DNA from: Nitrospirales bacterium
GTDB lineage: Bacteria; Nitrospirota; Nitrospiria; Nitrospirales; UBA8639
NCBI GenBank assembly: GCA_965232175.1
Contig: CBDDOW010000006.1
Location: forward strand, 1,315,764 to 1,379,763
Direction: 5' to 3'
DNA: 64,000 bases
Shown here: positions 45,073 to 55,771 of the stretch, in pieces
Position numbering within the stretch: the first letter of the stretch is position 1
Layout: each line of letters opens with the position of its first letter
Notes under the pieces: generated by a model
Told to the model about the DNA's origin: nothing
The model's input: the letters and a program-made list of their open reading frames with translations, nothing else
Databases searched by the model: none
Made by a program: the position numbers and the translations under genes

Positions 45073-45729
45073 TCAGGTGAAGTGTTCCGTCATGAACCAA
45101 CCGGCGATCGAAAGCCGTTTGTGGTCGCCCGCCAGCGCGTCCACCCGGCACACGCGATGGAACCGGGGCACGGCAAAGAGGGCGAGCGATCCCGGTTGCG
45201 GGGCGATGCATTGCGCCACGTCCAGGACCCGGTTTCCGCGTGAGTCCTTCCCGGCATGATAGAGGATCAGTTCGCCGCCCCAATCGGTGTTCCATTCGGA
45301 ATGCACGTAGGTCGCCAGGGCCAGCCGCCGGAGTGGCGGCGGGCGGTCACGGTTGGCGGCGTAGGCTTCATCCGTATCGTCATGCGTCGGCAGGCAGTCT
45401 CCGGCGCCGTAGGAATAGTAATTGAAATTCACGTGCCGTCGCCGGATATTGGGAAAGGATTCGACGTATTCCGCGATGCACGGCAGCGACAGTTTCTCAA
45501 GAAACAGTTGCCGCTCGCGGGCGCCGATTTCAGCCTTCAGCCAATTGCCCGACCCGGGGAAGGCCCGGGACACCGCGGGCATGTCCCGCAGGCCCGTCCA
45601 GCTCGAATGCGTCATCGCCTCCCGAAAGATTTCCATTTCCCGTTCGGTCCAAAAATTGTCCAGCACCAACACCGGGTCTTTGCGAAAAGAGAATTTTCTG
45701 GGATTGAATTGATGGAACGACACGTGCAT
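45073..45729 (-). CDS. 2OG-Fe(II) oxygenase family protein
   Basis: The H-x-D motif is PTHDD. The distal His is in VPRFHRV. Prolyl-hydroxylase-like size. Confidence 0.55.
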   Translation of the reverse strand: MHVSFHQFNPRKFSFRKDPVLVLDNFWTEREMEIFREAMTHSSWTGLRDMPAVSRAFPGSGNWLKAEIGARERQLFLEKLSLPCIAEYVESFPNIRRRHVNFNYYSYGAGDCLPTHDDTDEAYAANRDRPPPLRRLALATYVHSEWNTDWGGELILYHAGKDSRGNRVLDVAQCIAPQPGSLALFAVPRFHRVCRVDALAGDHKRLSIAGWFMTEHFT

Positions 45730-45822
45730 GAACGGACCTCGCGCCGGCGTGACGACCTTCCCCCTCCCGCAGTCGTCATCCGGTGGCGTTGATCGAAGGG
45801 TAAGGGAACGGGAGGGGGAGGG

Positions 45823-47487
45823 TCAAGAAGGCTCGGGACCCGGTTGAGCCAGGCGTTTGGCTAAGCGACGCGCCACCCGGGTCATGGCGGTGGAGCGGTC
45901 CTTGGGGTCGAGGATCACATTGAGGACGTGCAGGTGTTCGGAATCCGCCATGGCCGCATCCATGGCCTGCACAAAGGCCCCGAACGTCTCGACCCGGTGC
46001 CCGATGCCGCCGCCGAGCAACGTGCAGATTTCGTCATACTGCCATTCATGCACGTCATTGAACGGCCCTTCCAGAATTTCCCGTTCGGTGGAATAGCCGC
46101 GGTTGTTGAGGATGAGGACGATGGGCGTTTGCCCGTGCCGGAGACAGGTGGCGAGTTCGGTGCCGGTCATCTGAAACGCGCCATCGCCGACCAGAACCAG
46201 GGGTCTCAGGGACGGGTCGGCGAATCCCGCGCCAAGCGCCGCGGGGACGCTGAACCCCATGGACGTATAATAGGCAGGGGAAAGAAACTCGGCGCTTTTT
46301 CGCACGCGCAGATCCGCGGAGGCGAAGAGCGATTCGCCCACGTCGGCAATCACCACGGTGTGTTCGTTCAGCAGCCCGTCCATGTAGCCGACCATGTTGC
46401 GAAGGGTGACGGGCGCGGCCGGCGCCGGCGCGTCAAACGCGCCGAAATCCCCGGTGGGCAGGGGGCGCGGCAGAAACGAAGGAAGCGGGGCTGCGGAAAG
46501 CGCCCGGATGAAGTCCTCGAATTGCACGCCTTCATAGCGGTGGTGTTTGATGGCAATCGAATCAGCCGTGGCATGGATCGTCCGTCCGGCGGCCAGGAGC
46601 GTGGAATGGATCTTGACGTCTTCCACGTCGGTCAGGAGCGTGCCCAACGTCAGCAGGCAATCGGCCTGATCCACGAATTGCAGGATTTCCTCGCGACCCA
46701 CGAGCCCGCCGTACACGCCGATGTATAAGGGATGGTCCTCCCGAATCACCGATTTGCCGAGCAACGTGGTTGCCACGGGGACGCCCATGCGTTCGACCAG
46801 TGTCGTGAGTTCATGCTGGAGGCCGAACCGGTAAATTTCCGCGCCGGCCAGGATCACCGGGCGTTCCGCGGCCGACAGAATCGTGCGCACTTCGTCGACG
46901 GCTTCCTTTAACGCGATGGGATTGCTCTCGCCGGTTGTCGTCGGAGGGGTGGGGGAAGACACCCGGACGGGCGCGAAGACCATGTCACGGGGAATTTCCA
47001 GATAAATGGGTCGTTTGTATTGCAGTAAGGCGGCCAGGGCACGATCAATCTCCCGTTCGGCCGTGAGGGGGTCGTCGAGGATCACGGACGCCACGGTGAT
47101 TTTTTCGAACACGTCGCGTTGGGTCAAAAAATCCCGAACCATGTGATGAAGAAAGGGCGTGGTCAGCCGTTCCGCCAATCCCGGCGAGCCCGACAGCAGC
47201 ACGACCGGCGACCGTTCCGCATACGCGCAGGCAATGGCGTTGACGATGTTCAGCCCGCCGACGCAATAGGTGACGCACGCCCCGCCGATGCCGCGGAGCC
47301 GGGCATAGGCGTCGGCGGCAAATCCGGCGCAATCTTCGCGCGTGGTCCCGACGTGCTCGATGGGCGATTCTTCGATCAGTTGAAAGAGCGAGAGGACGTA
47401 GTCGCCCGGAATGCCGAACAGATGCTTCAGCCCGAGCCGGTGCAACCGGTCGAGCACCAGGGATCCTATGGTATGAGACGCGCGCAT
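45823..47487 (-). CDS. thiamine-diphosphate-dependent alpha-keto acid decarboxylase (IpdC/PDC-like)
   Basis: LFGIPGDYVLSLF...GTTREDCAGFAADAYARLRG.GA.VTYCVGGLN. The TPP-binding motif is GDGAFQMTGTEL...ILNNRGY. Confidence 0.75.
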   Translation of the reverse strand: MRASHTIGSLVLDRLHRLGLKHLFGIPGDYVLSLFQLIEESPIEHVGTTREDCAGFAADAYARLRGIGGACVTYCVGGLNIVNAIACAYAERSPVVLLSGSPGLAERLTTPFLHHMVRDFLTQRDVFEKITVASVILDDPLTAEREIDRALAALLQYKRPIYLEIPRDMVFAPVRVSSPTPPTTTGESNPIALKEAVDEVRTILSAAERPVILAGAEIYRFGLQHELTTLVERMGVPVATTLLGKSVIREDHPLYIGVYGGLVGREEILQFVDQADCLLTLGTLLTDVEDVKIHSTLLAAGRTIHATADSIAIKHHRYEGVQFEDFIRALSAAPLPSFLPRPLPTGDFGAFDAPAPAAPVTLRNMVGYMDGLLNEHTVVIADVGESLFASADLRVRKSAEFLSPAYYTSMGFSVPAALGAGFADPSLRPLVLVGDGAFQMTGTELATCLRHGQTPIVLILNNRGYSTEREILEGPFNDVHEWQYDEICTLLGGGIGHRVETFGAFVQAMDAAMADSEHLHVLNVILDPKDRSTAMTRVARRLAKRLAQPGPEPS

Positions 47488-47596
47488 GAGGTGTGCCGTA
47501 TCGATTATAACATGGGAAAACGCAGTCCGGTGTGCTACACTCCCGCTCGTATCATCGGTGAAGCGAGTTCTGATCTTTCAGCAAGGAGGAAAACCA

Positions 47597-48478
47597 ATGC
47601 GCACGGATCCTGCACGTGTTGTCCTGTCTCACAAACCGGCGTGGCTGCCGGGCGTACGGCGTTGTTCGAAGGCGGCGAAGGTCGTATGGGCCGTGCTTGC
47701 CGTGATGCTCGTCTCCGTCGGCTCGGGTGCCTCCGCGGCCGAAGGGCCTTACGTCGCGATCGGGGGCGGGGTCAACATGCTGAATAATTCCGACGTCACG
47801 GCACAGTACAACGATCCCGTGTTCTCCCCGCTCAACGCCACAACCAGGACCGATACCGGGTATAAGGTGAAGGGCGCGCTCGGTTGGGCCTTTGCCAATG
47901 GCTTTCGCGTCGAAGGCGAGGTCAGTTACCGGAGACACAATCTGGATGATATGAATGTCAGCAGTGCGGGCGCTTTTGTCCTTGACGCGTATGACCAATG
48001 GGCACGAGCCAATAATCAGCCTGAGGGTCTCGCGGCCTACCGTGCGGCCGCCCAAGCACGCCCAGCCCTGAAAACTGCTCTTGAACAGGGAACGATCGCC
48101 GCAAGCCCCCACTCCCTCACCGGCAATTTTCAGGCCATGACTTTCAAGGCCAATGTTTTTTATGATATTGATCTGGGTTTCGCGTGGAAACCGTACGTCG
48201 GTGGCGGCATTGGATTGACGAGGGTTTCTGTGAAGGGGAACTCGGGAACCACGGGCAATTTGCTTGTTGACGATCATGACACCGTGTTTTCTTATCAGGT
48301 GGGTGGTGGCGTCGGATACGAGTTCCCCTTGCCGGAGGACCACTCAATCACCGTCAGCCTGGACTACCGGTATTTCGATGCCGGTGAACCCACCTTCACG
48401 GGGGCCACAAGCCAACAGGATTTCGACGCCAGCATAGCTGGAAATTATGTGGGTGTCGGGCTCCGGTACGGGTTTTAG
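47597..48478 (+). CDS. outer-membrane beta-barrel protein
   Basis: The RBS aaggagg is upstream and the protein has a signal peptide. Alternating beta-strand pattern, terminal VGLRYGF. Confidence 0.65.
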   Translation: MRTDPARVVLSHKPAWLPGVRRCSKAAKVVWAVLAVMLVSVGSGASAAEGPYVAIGGGVNMLNNSDVTAQYNDPVFSPLNATTRTDTGYKVKGALGWAFANGFRVEGEVSYRRHNLDDMNVSSAGAFVLDAYDQWARANNQPEGLAAYRAAAQARPALKTALEQGTIAASPHSLTGNFQAMTFKANVFYDIDLGFAWKPYVGGGIGLTRVSVKGNSGTTGNLLVDDHDTVFSYQVGGGVGYEFPLPEDHSITVSLDYRYFDAGEPTFTGATSQQDFDASIAGNYVGVGLRYGF

Positions 48479-48512
48479 GCCGACCAAGGACCGGGTTCGG
48501 CGCGCGGCGCGG

Positions 48513-49769
48513 TTACGCGCCGTTGTTGCGTCTCTGCTCCAACCTGTCGATGACCGCGGACCCTGCCGCGTCTCCCCAGACGTTGACCGTGGTGCGGCAG
48601 CGGTCCAGGAACCAGTCGATCACCAGAATAAGGGCAATGCCTTCGATCGGCAGGTTCACGGACTTGAGCACGATCACCATGGTGACGAGCCCCGCTTCGG
48701 GGATACCGGCCGCGCCGACCGCGGCCAGAGTCGCCGTCAGCACGATAATCACCGTCTGCGCGAACCCGAGTTCGATTCCATAAGATTGCGCAATGAACAC
48801 GGCAGCCACGGCCTCATAGAGGGCCGTGCCGTCCATGTTGATCGTGGCGCCCAAGGGGAGCACGAAGCGCGCGGTTCGCGGCGAAACCCGGTTTTCCTCG
48901 ATGACGGCTTCCATGGTCAGCGGAAGCGTGGCCGCACTCGAACTGGTGGAGAACGCCGTGGTCAGGGCGGTCCCGATGTTGCGCGCGTACGCGAAGACGT
49001 TCTGTTTCCCGATGAAGTGGAGGAGCAGGGGAATCACGATCAGGCCGTGGATCAACAGGCCCAGGATGACGGTGCCGGCATAGGCGCCCAACTGCGCCAA
49101 TTGCGGCCAAAAGCCGCCGAACCCGCCGGCCTCACCCAGGCGGCCGGCAATCAAGGCCCCGATACCCACCGGCGCGGCCCACATCAGCAAATGGACCATG
49201 GCCATGATGGCTTCGTTCACGCCTTCAACGACGTGAATCACGAGCGCGCCCCGTTCTCCCACCGTCGTCAGGATGCCGCCGAATACCAATGAAAAAATAA
49301 TCAGCGGCAGCACGTCGGCGTTGGCCATGGCTGAAAACAGATTTTTCGGGATGAGTCCGGTCAGGATGGTTCGGAGCAGCTCGGGGACGCTGGCGGGTTT
49401 GTCCACCAATCGTTCGGAAACGGTCGTCATGTCTCCTGCGGCGGATTCCGCCGACCCCGGGATTCCCGGCTGAATCAGGAGAACCAGGACCAGGCCGATG
49501 ACGACGGCGATCCCCGTGGTCGTCATGAAATACAGGACCGCCCGGCCTCCCAGGGGGCCGAGTCGCCGCACGTCGCCGAGGCTGGTGACCCCGACGATGA
49601 TGGAACTCATGACCAGGGGGACCACGAGCACGAACAAGGCTTTGAGAAACAATTCTCCAAGGAACGCAATGGAATGTCCTGCTTCCGGCCAAGTTCCCCC
49701 AAGGATCGTTCCGGCGACAATTCCCGACACGATAGCGAACAGCAGCGTGTTTGGTGATTTCGTTTTCAT
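48513..49769 (-). CDS. dicarboxylate/amino acid:cation symporter (DAACS family)
   Basis: SSSAATLPLTME...LPLGATINMDGTALYEAVAAVFIAQ...AAVGAAGIPEAGLVTM...DRCRTTVNVWGD. Confidence 0.85.
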   Translation of the reverse strand: MKTKSPNTLLFAIVSGIVAGTILGGTWPEAGHSIAFLGELFLKALFVLVVPLVMSSIIVGVTSLGDVRRLGPLGGRAVLYFMTTTGIAVVIGLVLVLLIQPGIPGSAESAAGDMTTVSERLVDKPASVPELLRTILTGLIPKNLFSAMANADVLPLIIFSLVFGGILTTVGERGALVIHVVEGVNEAIMAMVHLLMWAAPVGIGALIAGRLGEAGGFGGFWPQLAQLGAYAGTVILGLLIHGLIVIPLLLHFIGKQNVFAYARNIGTALTTAFSTSSSAATLPLTMEAVIEENRVSPRTARFVLPLGATINMDGTALYEAVAAVFIAQSYGIELGFAQTVIIVLTATLAAVGAAGIPEAGLVTMVIVLKSVNLPIEGIALILVIDWFLDRCRTTVNVWGDAAGSAVIDRLEQRRNNGA

Positions 49770-49809
49770 GGCGCCTTCAATTGAACCCCGTCACCAGGGC
49801 GTTCGGAGG

Positions 49810-52689
49810 TTACTGATAATGCTCGACGGACGGGCACGTGCAGACGACGTTGCGGTCTCCATAGGCGCTGTCGATGCGTGAAACGGCCGGCCAGAATTTC
49901 AGATCCCGGAGCCAGGGCAGAGGGAACGCCGCCTGCTCCCGGCTATAGGGCCGATTCCAGTTCGGGTTCGTGACGTCCTCCATCGTATGCGGGGCATGTT
50001 TCAGGGGATTGTCGTCTCGCGGCAGTCGCCCCTCTTCAATGTCCGCAATCTCTTTTCGAATTGCCAGCAGCGCCTCGCAATACTGATCGAGTTCCGACTT
50101 GGATTCGCTCTCCGTGGGTTCAATCATCATCGTGCCGGCCACGGGCCAGGAAATGGTCGGAGCGTGGAATCCGAAATCCATGAGGCGTTTGGCAACGTCT
50201 TCCACTTCAACCCCGGCGGATTTCTTGAACGGTCGCAAATCCACAATGAATTCATGGGCGCACAAGCCGCCCTTTCCGGTGTACAGAATGGGAAAGTCCC
50301 GCTCCAATCGCTTGGCCATGTAATTGGCGTTCAGAATAGCGACGCCGGTGGCCCGGGTCAATCCGCGCGCGCCCATGAGCGCGATAAACGCCCAGGAAAT
50401 CGGCAGGATGCTCGGGCTTCCCTGTGGCGCCGAGGAGACCGGCCCGATACCGCGCGCTCCGCCCGTGTCGCGGAGCGGATGTCCGGGCAGAAACGGGGCC
50501 AGGTGCCCGGCTGCGGCAATCGGTCCCATCCCGGGGCCTCCCCCGCCGTGGGGAATGCAAAAGGTCTTGTGCAGGTTGAGGTGACAGACGTCGGCGCCGA
50601 CGTCGGCCGGCCGGCAGACCCCGACCATCGCGTTCATGTTGGCGCCGTCCATATAGACCTGGCCGCCGTGCTCGTGCACGATCCGGCAGATGTCCTGAAT
50701 CGTTTCTTCAAAGACCCCGTGCGTCGACGGATACGTCACCATGAGCGCGGCCAGCGTTTCGCGGTGCCGGTCGGCCTGGGCGCGCAGATCCGCGAGATCG
50801 ATGTTCCCGCGTTCGTCGCAAGCCACGGGAACGACGCGCAGGCCGGCAATCGCCGCGCTCGCGGGGTTAGTCCCATGAGCCGACGCCGGGATCAGACACG
50901 TGGTCCGGTGTCCCTGCCCCCGGCTTTCATGATACGCCCGAATGACCAGCAGTCCGGCATATTCCCCCTGGGAGCCGGCATTGGGTTGGAGCGAGACCGC
51001 GGGATACCCCGTGATTTCCGAGAGCCAGGTTTCCAATTCCCGGAACAGGTGGGCGTACCCTTCCGTTTGGTCCGCAGGGGCAAACGGATGAAGGCGACTG
51101 AATTCCGGCCACGTCACGGGAAGCATCTCCACCGTGGCGTTGAGTTTCATGGTGCAGGAGCCCAGGGGAATCATGGAATGAACCAGCGAGAGGTCCCGCG
51201 ACTGGAGGCGGTGCATGTAGCGCAACAGCTCGTGTTCGGAATGATACCGGTGAAAGACTTCGTGCGTCAGGAAGGGGGTCGCGCGGGCAAAGGGCGCCGG
51301 GATCGAGACGGCGCGCGTTGCCGCGAGTTCATGGGCTGTAAATTCCACCCGGCCGTCTTCGGCAAACGTCTTCCACAGGGTTTCCACGTCATCCGTGGTT
51401 GTGGTTTCATCCAAGGCGATGCCGAAGGAGCCGTCCGAGAATTCCCGAAGGTTGAGCCGATGCCGGTTCGCCCGGTCGCGGATCCGTTCCGCTGGCAGCG
51501 CCCCGGCGGACACCCGCAACGTATCGAAGAAGAGTGCGTCCGGCACGCGGCACCCAAGGCGGGTCAGGCCCTCGGCGAGGACAAGGGTCAGACCGCGCAC
51601 GCGTTCGGCCATGCGTTTCAGCCCGTCGGGTCCGTGATACACGGCGTACATGCCGGCAATATTGGCCAACAGCACTTGAGCGGTACAGATGTTGCTCGTG
51701 GCCCGGTCGCGACGAATATGTTGCTCCCGGGTCTGCAAGGCCAGCCGGTACGCCGTTCGCCCCTGACTGTCTTTGGAGACGCCGACGATCCGTCCGGGTA
51801 TTTGGCGTTTGTAGTCTTCGCGCGTGGCCAGGAACGCGGCGTGCGGCCCGCCGAATCCCAGGGGAACCCCAAAGCGCTGGCTGGATCCCACGGCGATATC
51901 CGCATCGAATTCACCCGGCGATTTGAAGAGGGTCAGGGCGAGCAGGTCCGTGGCCACGACGACCTGGGTGCCCGCGTCATGGGCTTGTCGGACCAGGTCG
52001 TGGTGGTGGTGAAGCGTCCCGTCCGTGGCGGGATATTGCAGGAGGATCCCGCCATACGACGCCCGTTTCCAGTCGATTTCATCAACCGGGCCGACGTCCA
52101 ACTCCAGCCCGAGCGACGCGGCGCGCGTCCGGACCACGGCCAGCGTTTGCGGGTGACAGTGGTGCGACGCGAAAAACGCCTGCCGGCCGGTGAGGGCTTT
52201 GCACATGGCCATGCCTTCCGCGGCCGCGGTGCCTTCATCCAGGAGCGACGCATTGGCCAGCGGGAGGCCCGTGAGATCAGCCACCATCGTTTGAAAATTG
52301 AGCAGGGCTTCCAGGCGTCCTTGGGCAATTTCCGCCTGGTAGGGAGTATATTGGGTGTACCACGCGGGATTTTCCAGGATGTTCCGGAGAATGACCGGGG
52401 GCGTGTGACAATCGGAATACCCCATCCCGATAAACGACCGGAACACCTGATTTTGGGCGGCCACGCGCCGGAGGTCGGTCAGGACTTCCTGTTCGCTCCG
52501 GGGGGGCGGCAAGTTAAGCGGCTTCTGAAGGCGAATGTCCTCGGGGACCGTGGCGTTGACCAACGTTTCCAGCGACGGGAACCCGAGAACGTCCAGCATG
52601 TCCCGGCTCTCGGCTTCCGTCGGCCCGATGTGTCGATCGGGAAACGTCTTCTCGGGCAGCAACCAATGTGGGGAGGCGCGTTCAGTCAT
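49810..52689 (-). CDS. gcvP: glycine dehydrogenase (aminomethyl-transferring), single-chain P protein
   Basis: 959 aa. [30 protein letters not shown]...[21 protein letters not shown]. Confidence 0.92.
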   Translation of the reverse strand: MTERASPHWLLPEKTFPDRHIGPTEAESRDMLDVLGFPSLETLVNATVPEDIRLQKPLNLPPPRSEQEVLTDLRRVAAQNQVFRSFIGMGYSDCHTPPVILRNILENPAWYTQYTPYQAEIAQGRLEALLNFQTMVADLTGLPLANASLLDEGTAAAEGMAMCKALTGRQAFFASHHCHPQTLAVVRTRAASLGLELDVGPVDEIDWKRASYGGILLQYPATDGTLHHHHDLVRQAHDAGTQVVVATDLLALTLFKSPGEFDADIAVGSSQRFGVPLGFGGPHAAFLATREDYKRQIPGRIVGVSKDSQGRTAYRLALQTREQHIRRDRATSNICTAQVLLANIAGMYAVYHGPDGLKRMAERVRGLTLVLAEGLTRLGCRVPDALFFDTLRVSAGALPAERIRDRANRHRLNLREFSDGSFGIALDETTTTDDVETLWKTFAEDGRVEFTAHELAATRAVSIPAPFARATPFLTHEVFHRYHSEHELLRYMHRLQSRDLSLVHSMIPLGSCTMKLNATVEMLPVTWPEFSRLHPFAPADQTEGYAHLFRELETWLSEITGYPAVSLQPNAGSQGEYAGLLVIRAYHESRGQGHRTTCLIPASAHGTNPASAAIAGLRVVPVACDERGNIDLADLRAQADRHRETLAALMVTYPSTHGVFEETIQDICRIVHEHGGQVYMDGANMNAMVGVCRPADVGADVCHLNLHKTFCIPHGGGGPGMGPIAAAGHLAPFLPGHPLRDTGGARGIGPVSSAPQGSPSILPISWAFIALMGARGLTRATGVAILNANYMAKRLERDFPILYTGKGGLCAHEFIVDLRPFKKSAGVEVEDVAKRLMDFGFHAPTISWPVAGTMMIEPTESESKSELDQYCEALLAIRKEIADIEEGRLPRDDNPLKHAPHTMEDVTNPNWNRPYSREQAAFPLPWLRDLKFWPAVSRIDSAYGDRNVVCTCPSVEHYQ

Positions 52690-53006
52690 GAAACGAGGAA
52701 ACGGCGATAGTCAGCATGAATAAAGCGGTTCATGGCGGTCTTTTGAATGTAAAGCAGCAAACAGGCAGTGTCAGACGGCACATGCGACCGCGTTCAACGA
52801 CGTTAAGGAGAAGCCTAGCATGGGCCCATAAAGCCTGCCAAGGTATCCGCCGTTTTCAGGGCTTCTTCCGCGGCGCGTGAAGGCGGCGGGAATCCGGGCG
52901 ACCTTCTCCGATTCTGTGTCAACCCGGGATGGGTTCCCGGACTTGCGCGGCTTGAGAAATGTTGAGCGTTCCGGTACACAGGAAACCGACCGCGCCAGGT
53001 GACACG

Positions 53007-54305
53007 ATGATTATTTTCTCCAACATCCGGAAATTATATGACGGCACCTCAGGCACCGATGCCGCCGTTCATGAAGGAGTGGACGTGTGGGTGGAAGAGG
53101 GCCGGATCGAAGCGGTGAAACCGCATCAGGCCGAACCCGCTTCCGGCCAGAACGTTCACCGCGTGGATTGTTCTTCGCTCACCGCGACCCCCGGGCTCGT
53201 CGATTGCCATAGCCACGTGACCGTGTTGGGCATTCGCGACGAAGACATGGCCGCCATGAACGGGCCGGCCGCGCTGCTCTATACCGAGCGGATTCTCTAC
53301 GCCACGTTGGTCCACGGCGGCGTCACGACCGTTCGTGACGTGGGCGGCGCCACCCACGTGGTGAAACGATTGGTGGAGGAAGGGCTGATCATCGGGCCCC
53401 GTTTGAAGATTGCGATTTGCATGCTGTCCACGACCGGCGGGCATGCGGATTTTCGAAGCACAGACCGGTGCCATGACACGGTTTCCCGGTTATGGCCTCC
53501 GGGTCCCGGTCGTCCCTCCAGCATTGTGGACGGGCCCTGGGATTGTCGAAAGCGCGTGCGTGAGATCGCCGCGTGCGGCGGGGATCTGGTGAAAATCTGT
53601 ACGAGTCCCGGGGTCGTGTCTCCTTCGGATAAATTGGAGAACCGGGATTTCACGCAAGCGGAAATCGAAGCGATTTGTGACGAAGCCGCGGGTCGCGGCA
53701 TGATGGTGGCGGCCCATGCCCACAGCCGCCGCGGGATCGAATTGGCCATTGATTGCGGGGTCCATGATATTCAGCATATCTCGTTTCTGAATGAACCCCT
53801 GGCGGAAAAAGCCTATGCCAAGGGGTGTACGGTGACCCCGACGTCATGGATCAGTTATGAGTTGCCCAAGGTGGACGATCTCTCGCCTTTTATTGCCGAG
53901 AAAGTGCGTCAGGTGACGCAAGCGCATGCCGACGCGGTCAGAATCGCCCATGCGAGCGGTCTCAACATGATCACGGGGACCGATCCCATCCTGCCCCGCA
54001 TGCATGGCCGGAATTATATGGAGATGGTCTCGCTGATCAGGGACGGGTTGTCTCCGTTGGCCGCGTGGCATAGCGGGACGGGGCTCGCTGCCGAGCGCAT
54101 CGGACAGGACGATACCGGGAAATTGGCGCCGGGGTATCGGGCCGACGTCCTGTTCAGCCGAAGCGACGTCATTGCCCGGCCGCACGAGTTCGATGAAGGG
54201 GCGTTGGTGGAGGTGGTCAAAGACGGGATCGGCTATCGCGGCTACCTGACCGGCATTCCGCAGAAAACCTTTCGTTCCGTGGCGGACGATCTGCTGGGGC
54301 GATAA
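53007..54305 (+). CDS. amidohydrolase family protein
   Basis: The metal-binding motif is PGLVDCHSHV. VAAHAHS and GTD are further motifs. Confidence 0.7.
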   Translation: MIIFSNIRKLYDGTSGTDAAVHEGVDVWVEEGRIEAVKPHQAEPASGQNVHRVDCSSLTATPGLVDCHSHVTVLGIRDEDMAAMNGPAALLYTERILYATLVHGGVTTVRDVGGATHVVKRLVEEGLIIGPRLKIAICMLSTTGGHADFRSTDRCHDTVSRLWPPGPGRPSSIVDGPWDCRKRVREIAACGGDLVKICTSPGVVSPSDKLENRDFTQAEIEAICDEAAGRGMMVAAHAHSRRGIELAIDCGVHDIQHISFLNEPLAEKAYAKGCTVTPTSWISYELPKVDDLSPFIAEKVRQVTQAHADAVRIAHASGLNMITGTDPILPRMHGRNYMEMVSLIRDGLSPLAAWHSGTGLAAERIGQDDTGKLAPGYRADVLFSRSDVIARPHEFDEGALVEVVKDGIGYRGYLTGIPQKTFRSVADDLLGR

Positions 54306-54346
54306 ACAGCCTGGTCATTGAACGAATCTCCGATTTCCGAACCTCT

Positions 54347-54497
54347 GATTTCCGAACCTCTGATTTCTTGTGATAGCGGGATGCAGGGCAAGGCGTCCCG
54401 GAGCGATACCCGAGACATATCAAAGAGAGATAGTCGAGGGTTGAGCGAGGACACAACGCCGCCATGCGCCGCTAGCGCGATAAATCAGGGGTTCGGG
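54347..54497 (+). mobile_element. MITE-like ~150-nt element, copy 3
   Basis: Same core as 17470-17614. It is preceded by a 15-nt tandem repeat gatttccgaacctct x2.4 (54332-54367). Confidence 0.75.
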
Positions 54498-55079
54498 TTA
54501 GGAGGGTTGGATTTCCGGTTTGGAAAAATCCTGCTTCGCCGGGTCGTCCTGCAAGTCCACGACAAGCTCCCCCTTCGGCGAGAAAAAGCCCTGCCCGTCG
54601 ATTTGGACAATGCCGTTACAGTTGTCCTGGAAGAATTCCAGGATCCACCCGTTGAAATCATAGCCTTCCTCGGTGATGTCGTTCTGGAGGATTCGAGTCG
54701 CAAGAATGAAGTGGGCTCGCACGACGAACTCTCGCGCCAGATCGGCTTCCACGTCGCCGAAGGCGGACAGTTGCCCGGAAAATCCCTGCTGTTCCCGTTC
54801 AAAAACGTCCTGATAGGTGCCTTCGTTGCGAATGCAAAACAGTTGAATCGGTTTTTTTTCACGGTGGTACCCGAGAGCCACCTGGACCCATGAATACTCA
54901 TCGAGGATCTCCGGGTCCATTTGGGGGATGAGGGGCACCTGATTTTTCGACTTCAGAAAATCCAGCAGCAAGCGAAGCGCAGGCGGATCTTTGCGTTGGC
55001 AAAAGACCCGCGAATAGAGAAACTCGTTTCCCTTGTCATCGGATTTTGTCAGTGAAATGACGGATAATTCTCTTCCCAT
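54498..55079 (-). CDS. hypothetical protein
   Basis: 193-aa ORF with ordinary composition and no recognisable motif. It contains an A8 run at 54852-54859. Confidence 0.45.
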   Translation of the reverse strand: MGRELSVISLTKSDDKGNEFLYSRVFCQRKDPPALRLLLDFLKSKNQVPLIPQMDPEILDEYSWVQVALGYHREKKPIQLFCIRNEGTYQDVFEREQQGFSGQLSAFGDVEADLAREFVVRAHFILATRILQNDITEEGYDFNGWILEFFQDNCNGIVQIDGQGFFSPKGELVVDLQDDPAKQDFSKPEIQPS

Positions 55080-55385
55080 GGTCGTTCCCTTTCTCTTGAA
55101 TCACTCGGATGACGCCACTGTACCGTGGCCGGAGTGTACGCTTCAAGGAACCGCCGAACCGCCGGATTGTTCCGGTTGCCACGGAGCGTTGTTCGCATCG
55201 TCACGTCACAGGGTTTTGTGGTTGACAGGGTATGATGCTTTCTGTAGACTCGCTTCCATCCTCGTGGAGTCTTGTATTTTCAGAGGTCGTTGCTCTTTTT
55301 TCATCTCTTGCAATTGAATTAATCCGATTGCGCACGTGCTCTATATTCCTACAGACACGGTTCTTATACGAAGGGGAGGTCTCCC

Positions 55386-55676
55386 ATGGCCAAAGCTATG
55401 ACAAAGTCTCAGATCGTTGATCAGTTGGCGACAAAGTCCGGCGTGACCAAAAAAATCACGAGTGAAATTCTCGACAACCTGGCTGCCTTGGCGTACAAGG
55501 AAGCGAAAAACTCCTTTACCGTGCCCGGACTTGGAAAGTTGGTCCTGTCTCATCGAAAGGCTCGAACCGGAAGAAACCCCCAAACCGGTGAACCGATCAA
55601 AATCCCAGCCAAAAAAGTGGTGAAATTCCGGATTGCCAAAGTCGCGAAGGATTCCATTTTATCAGGTAAAAAATAG
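55386..55676 (+). CDS. HU/IHF family DNA-binding protein
   Basis: MTKSQIVDQLA...FTVPGLGKLVLSHRKARTGRNPQTGEPIKIPAKKVVKFR. Confidence 0.9.
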   Translation: MAKAMTKSQIVDQLATKSGVTKKITSEILDNLAALAYKEAKNSFTVPGLGKLVLSHRKARTGRNPQTGEPIKIPAKKVVKFRIAKVAKDSILSGKK

Positions 55677-55771
55677 TTTCTCGGGTGAGAAAAAGAGGTG
55701 AGCGCAGGGAAGCGTCACTTGCCCAACTGCCTCTCCGATCGTGTCTTTCCGCAAGATGGGGAACGTTCGTT

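Noticed and set aside
49987-52710. 907-aa plus-strand ORF, and similar long ORFs at 27388-28545, 28909-30126, 13412-14758, 3273-4460, 5171-6664, 44080-45243, 9424-10272 and 62651-63469
   Set aside because: All are antisense to genes with clear family signatures (gcvP, nxrA, selO and others). Their composition is Arg/Pro/Gly-rich and low-complexity, which is typical of GC-rich shadow frames.
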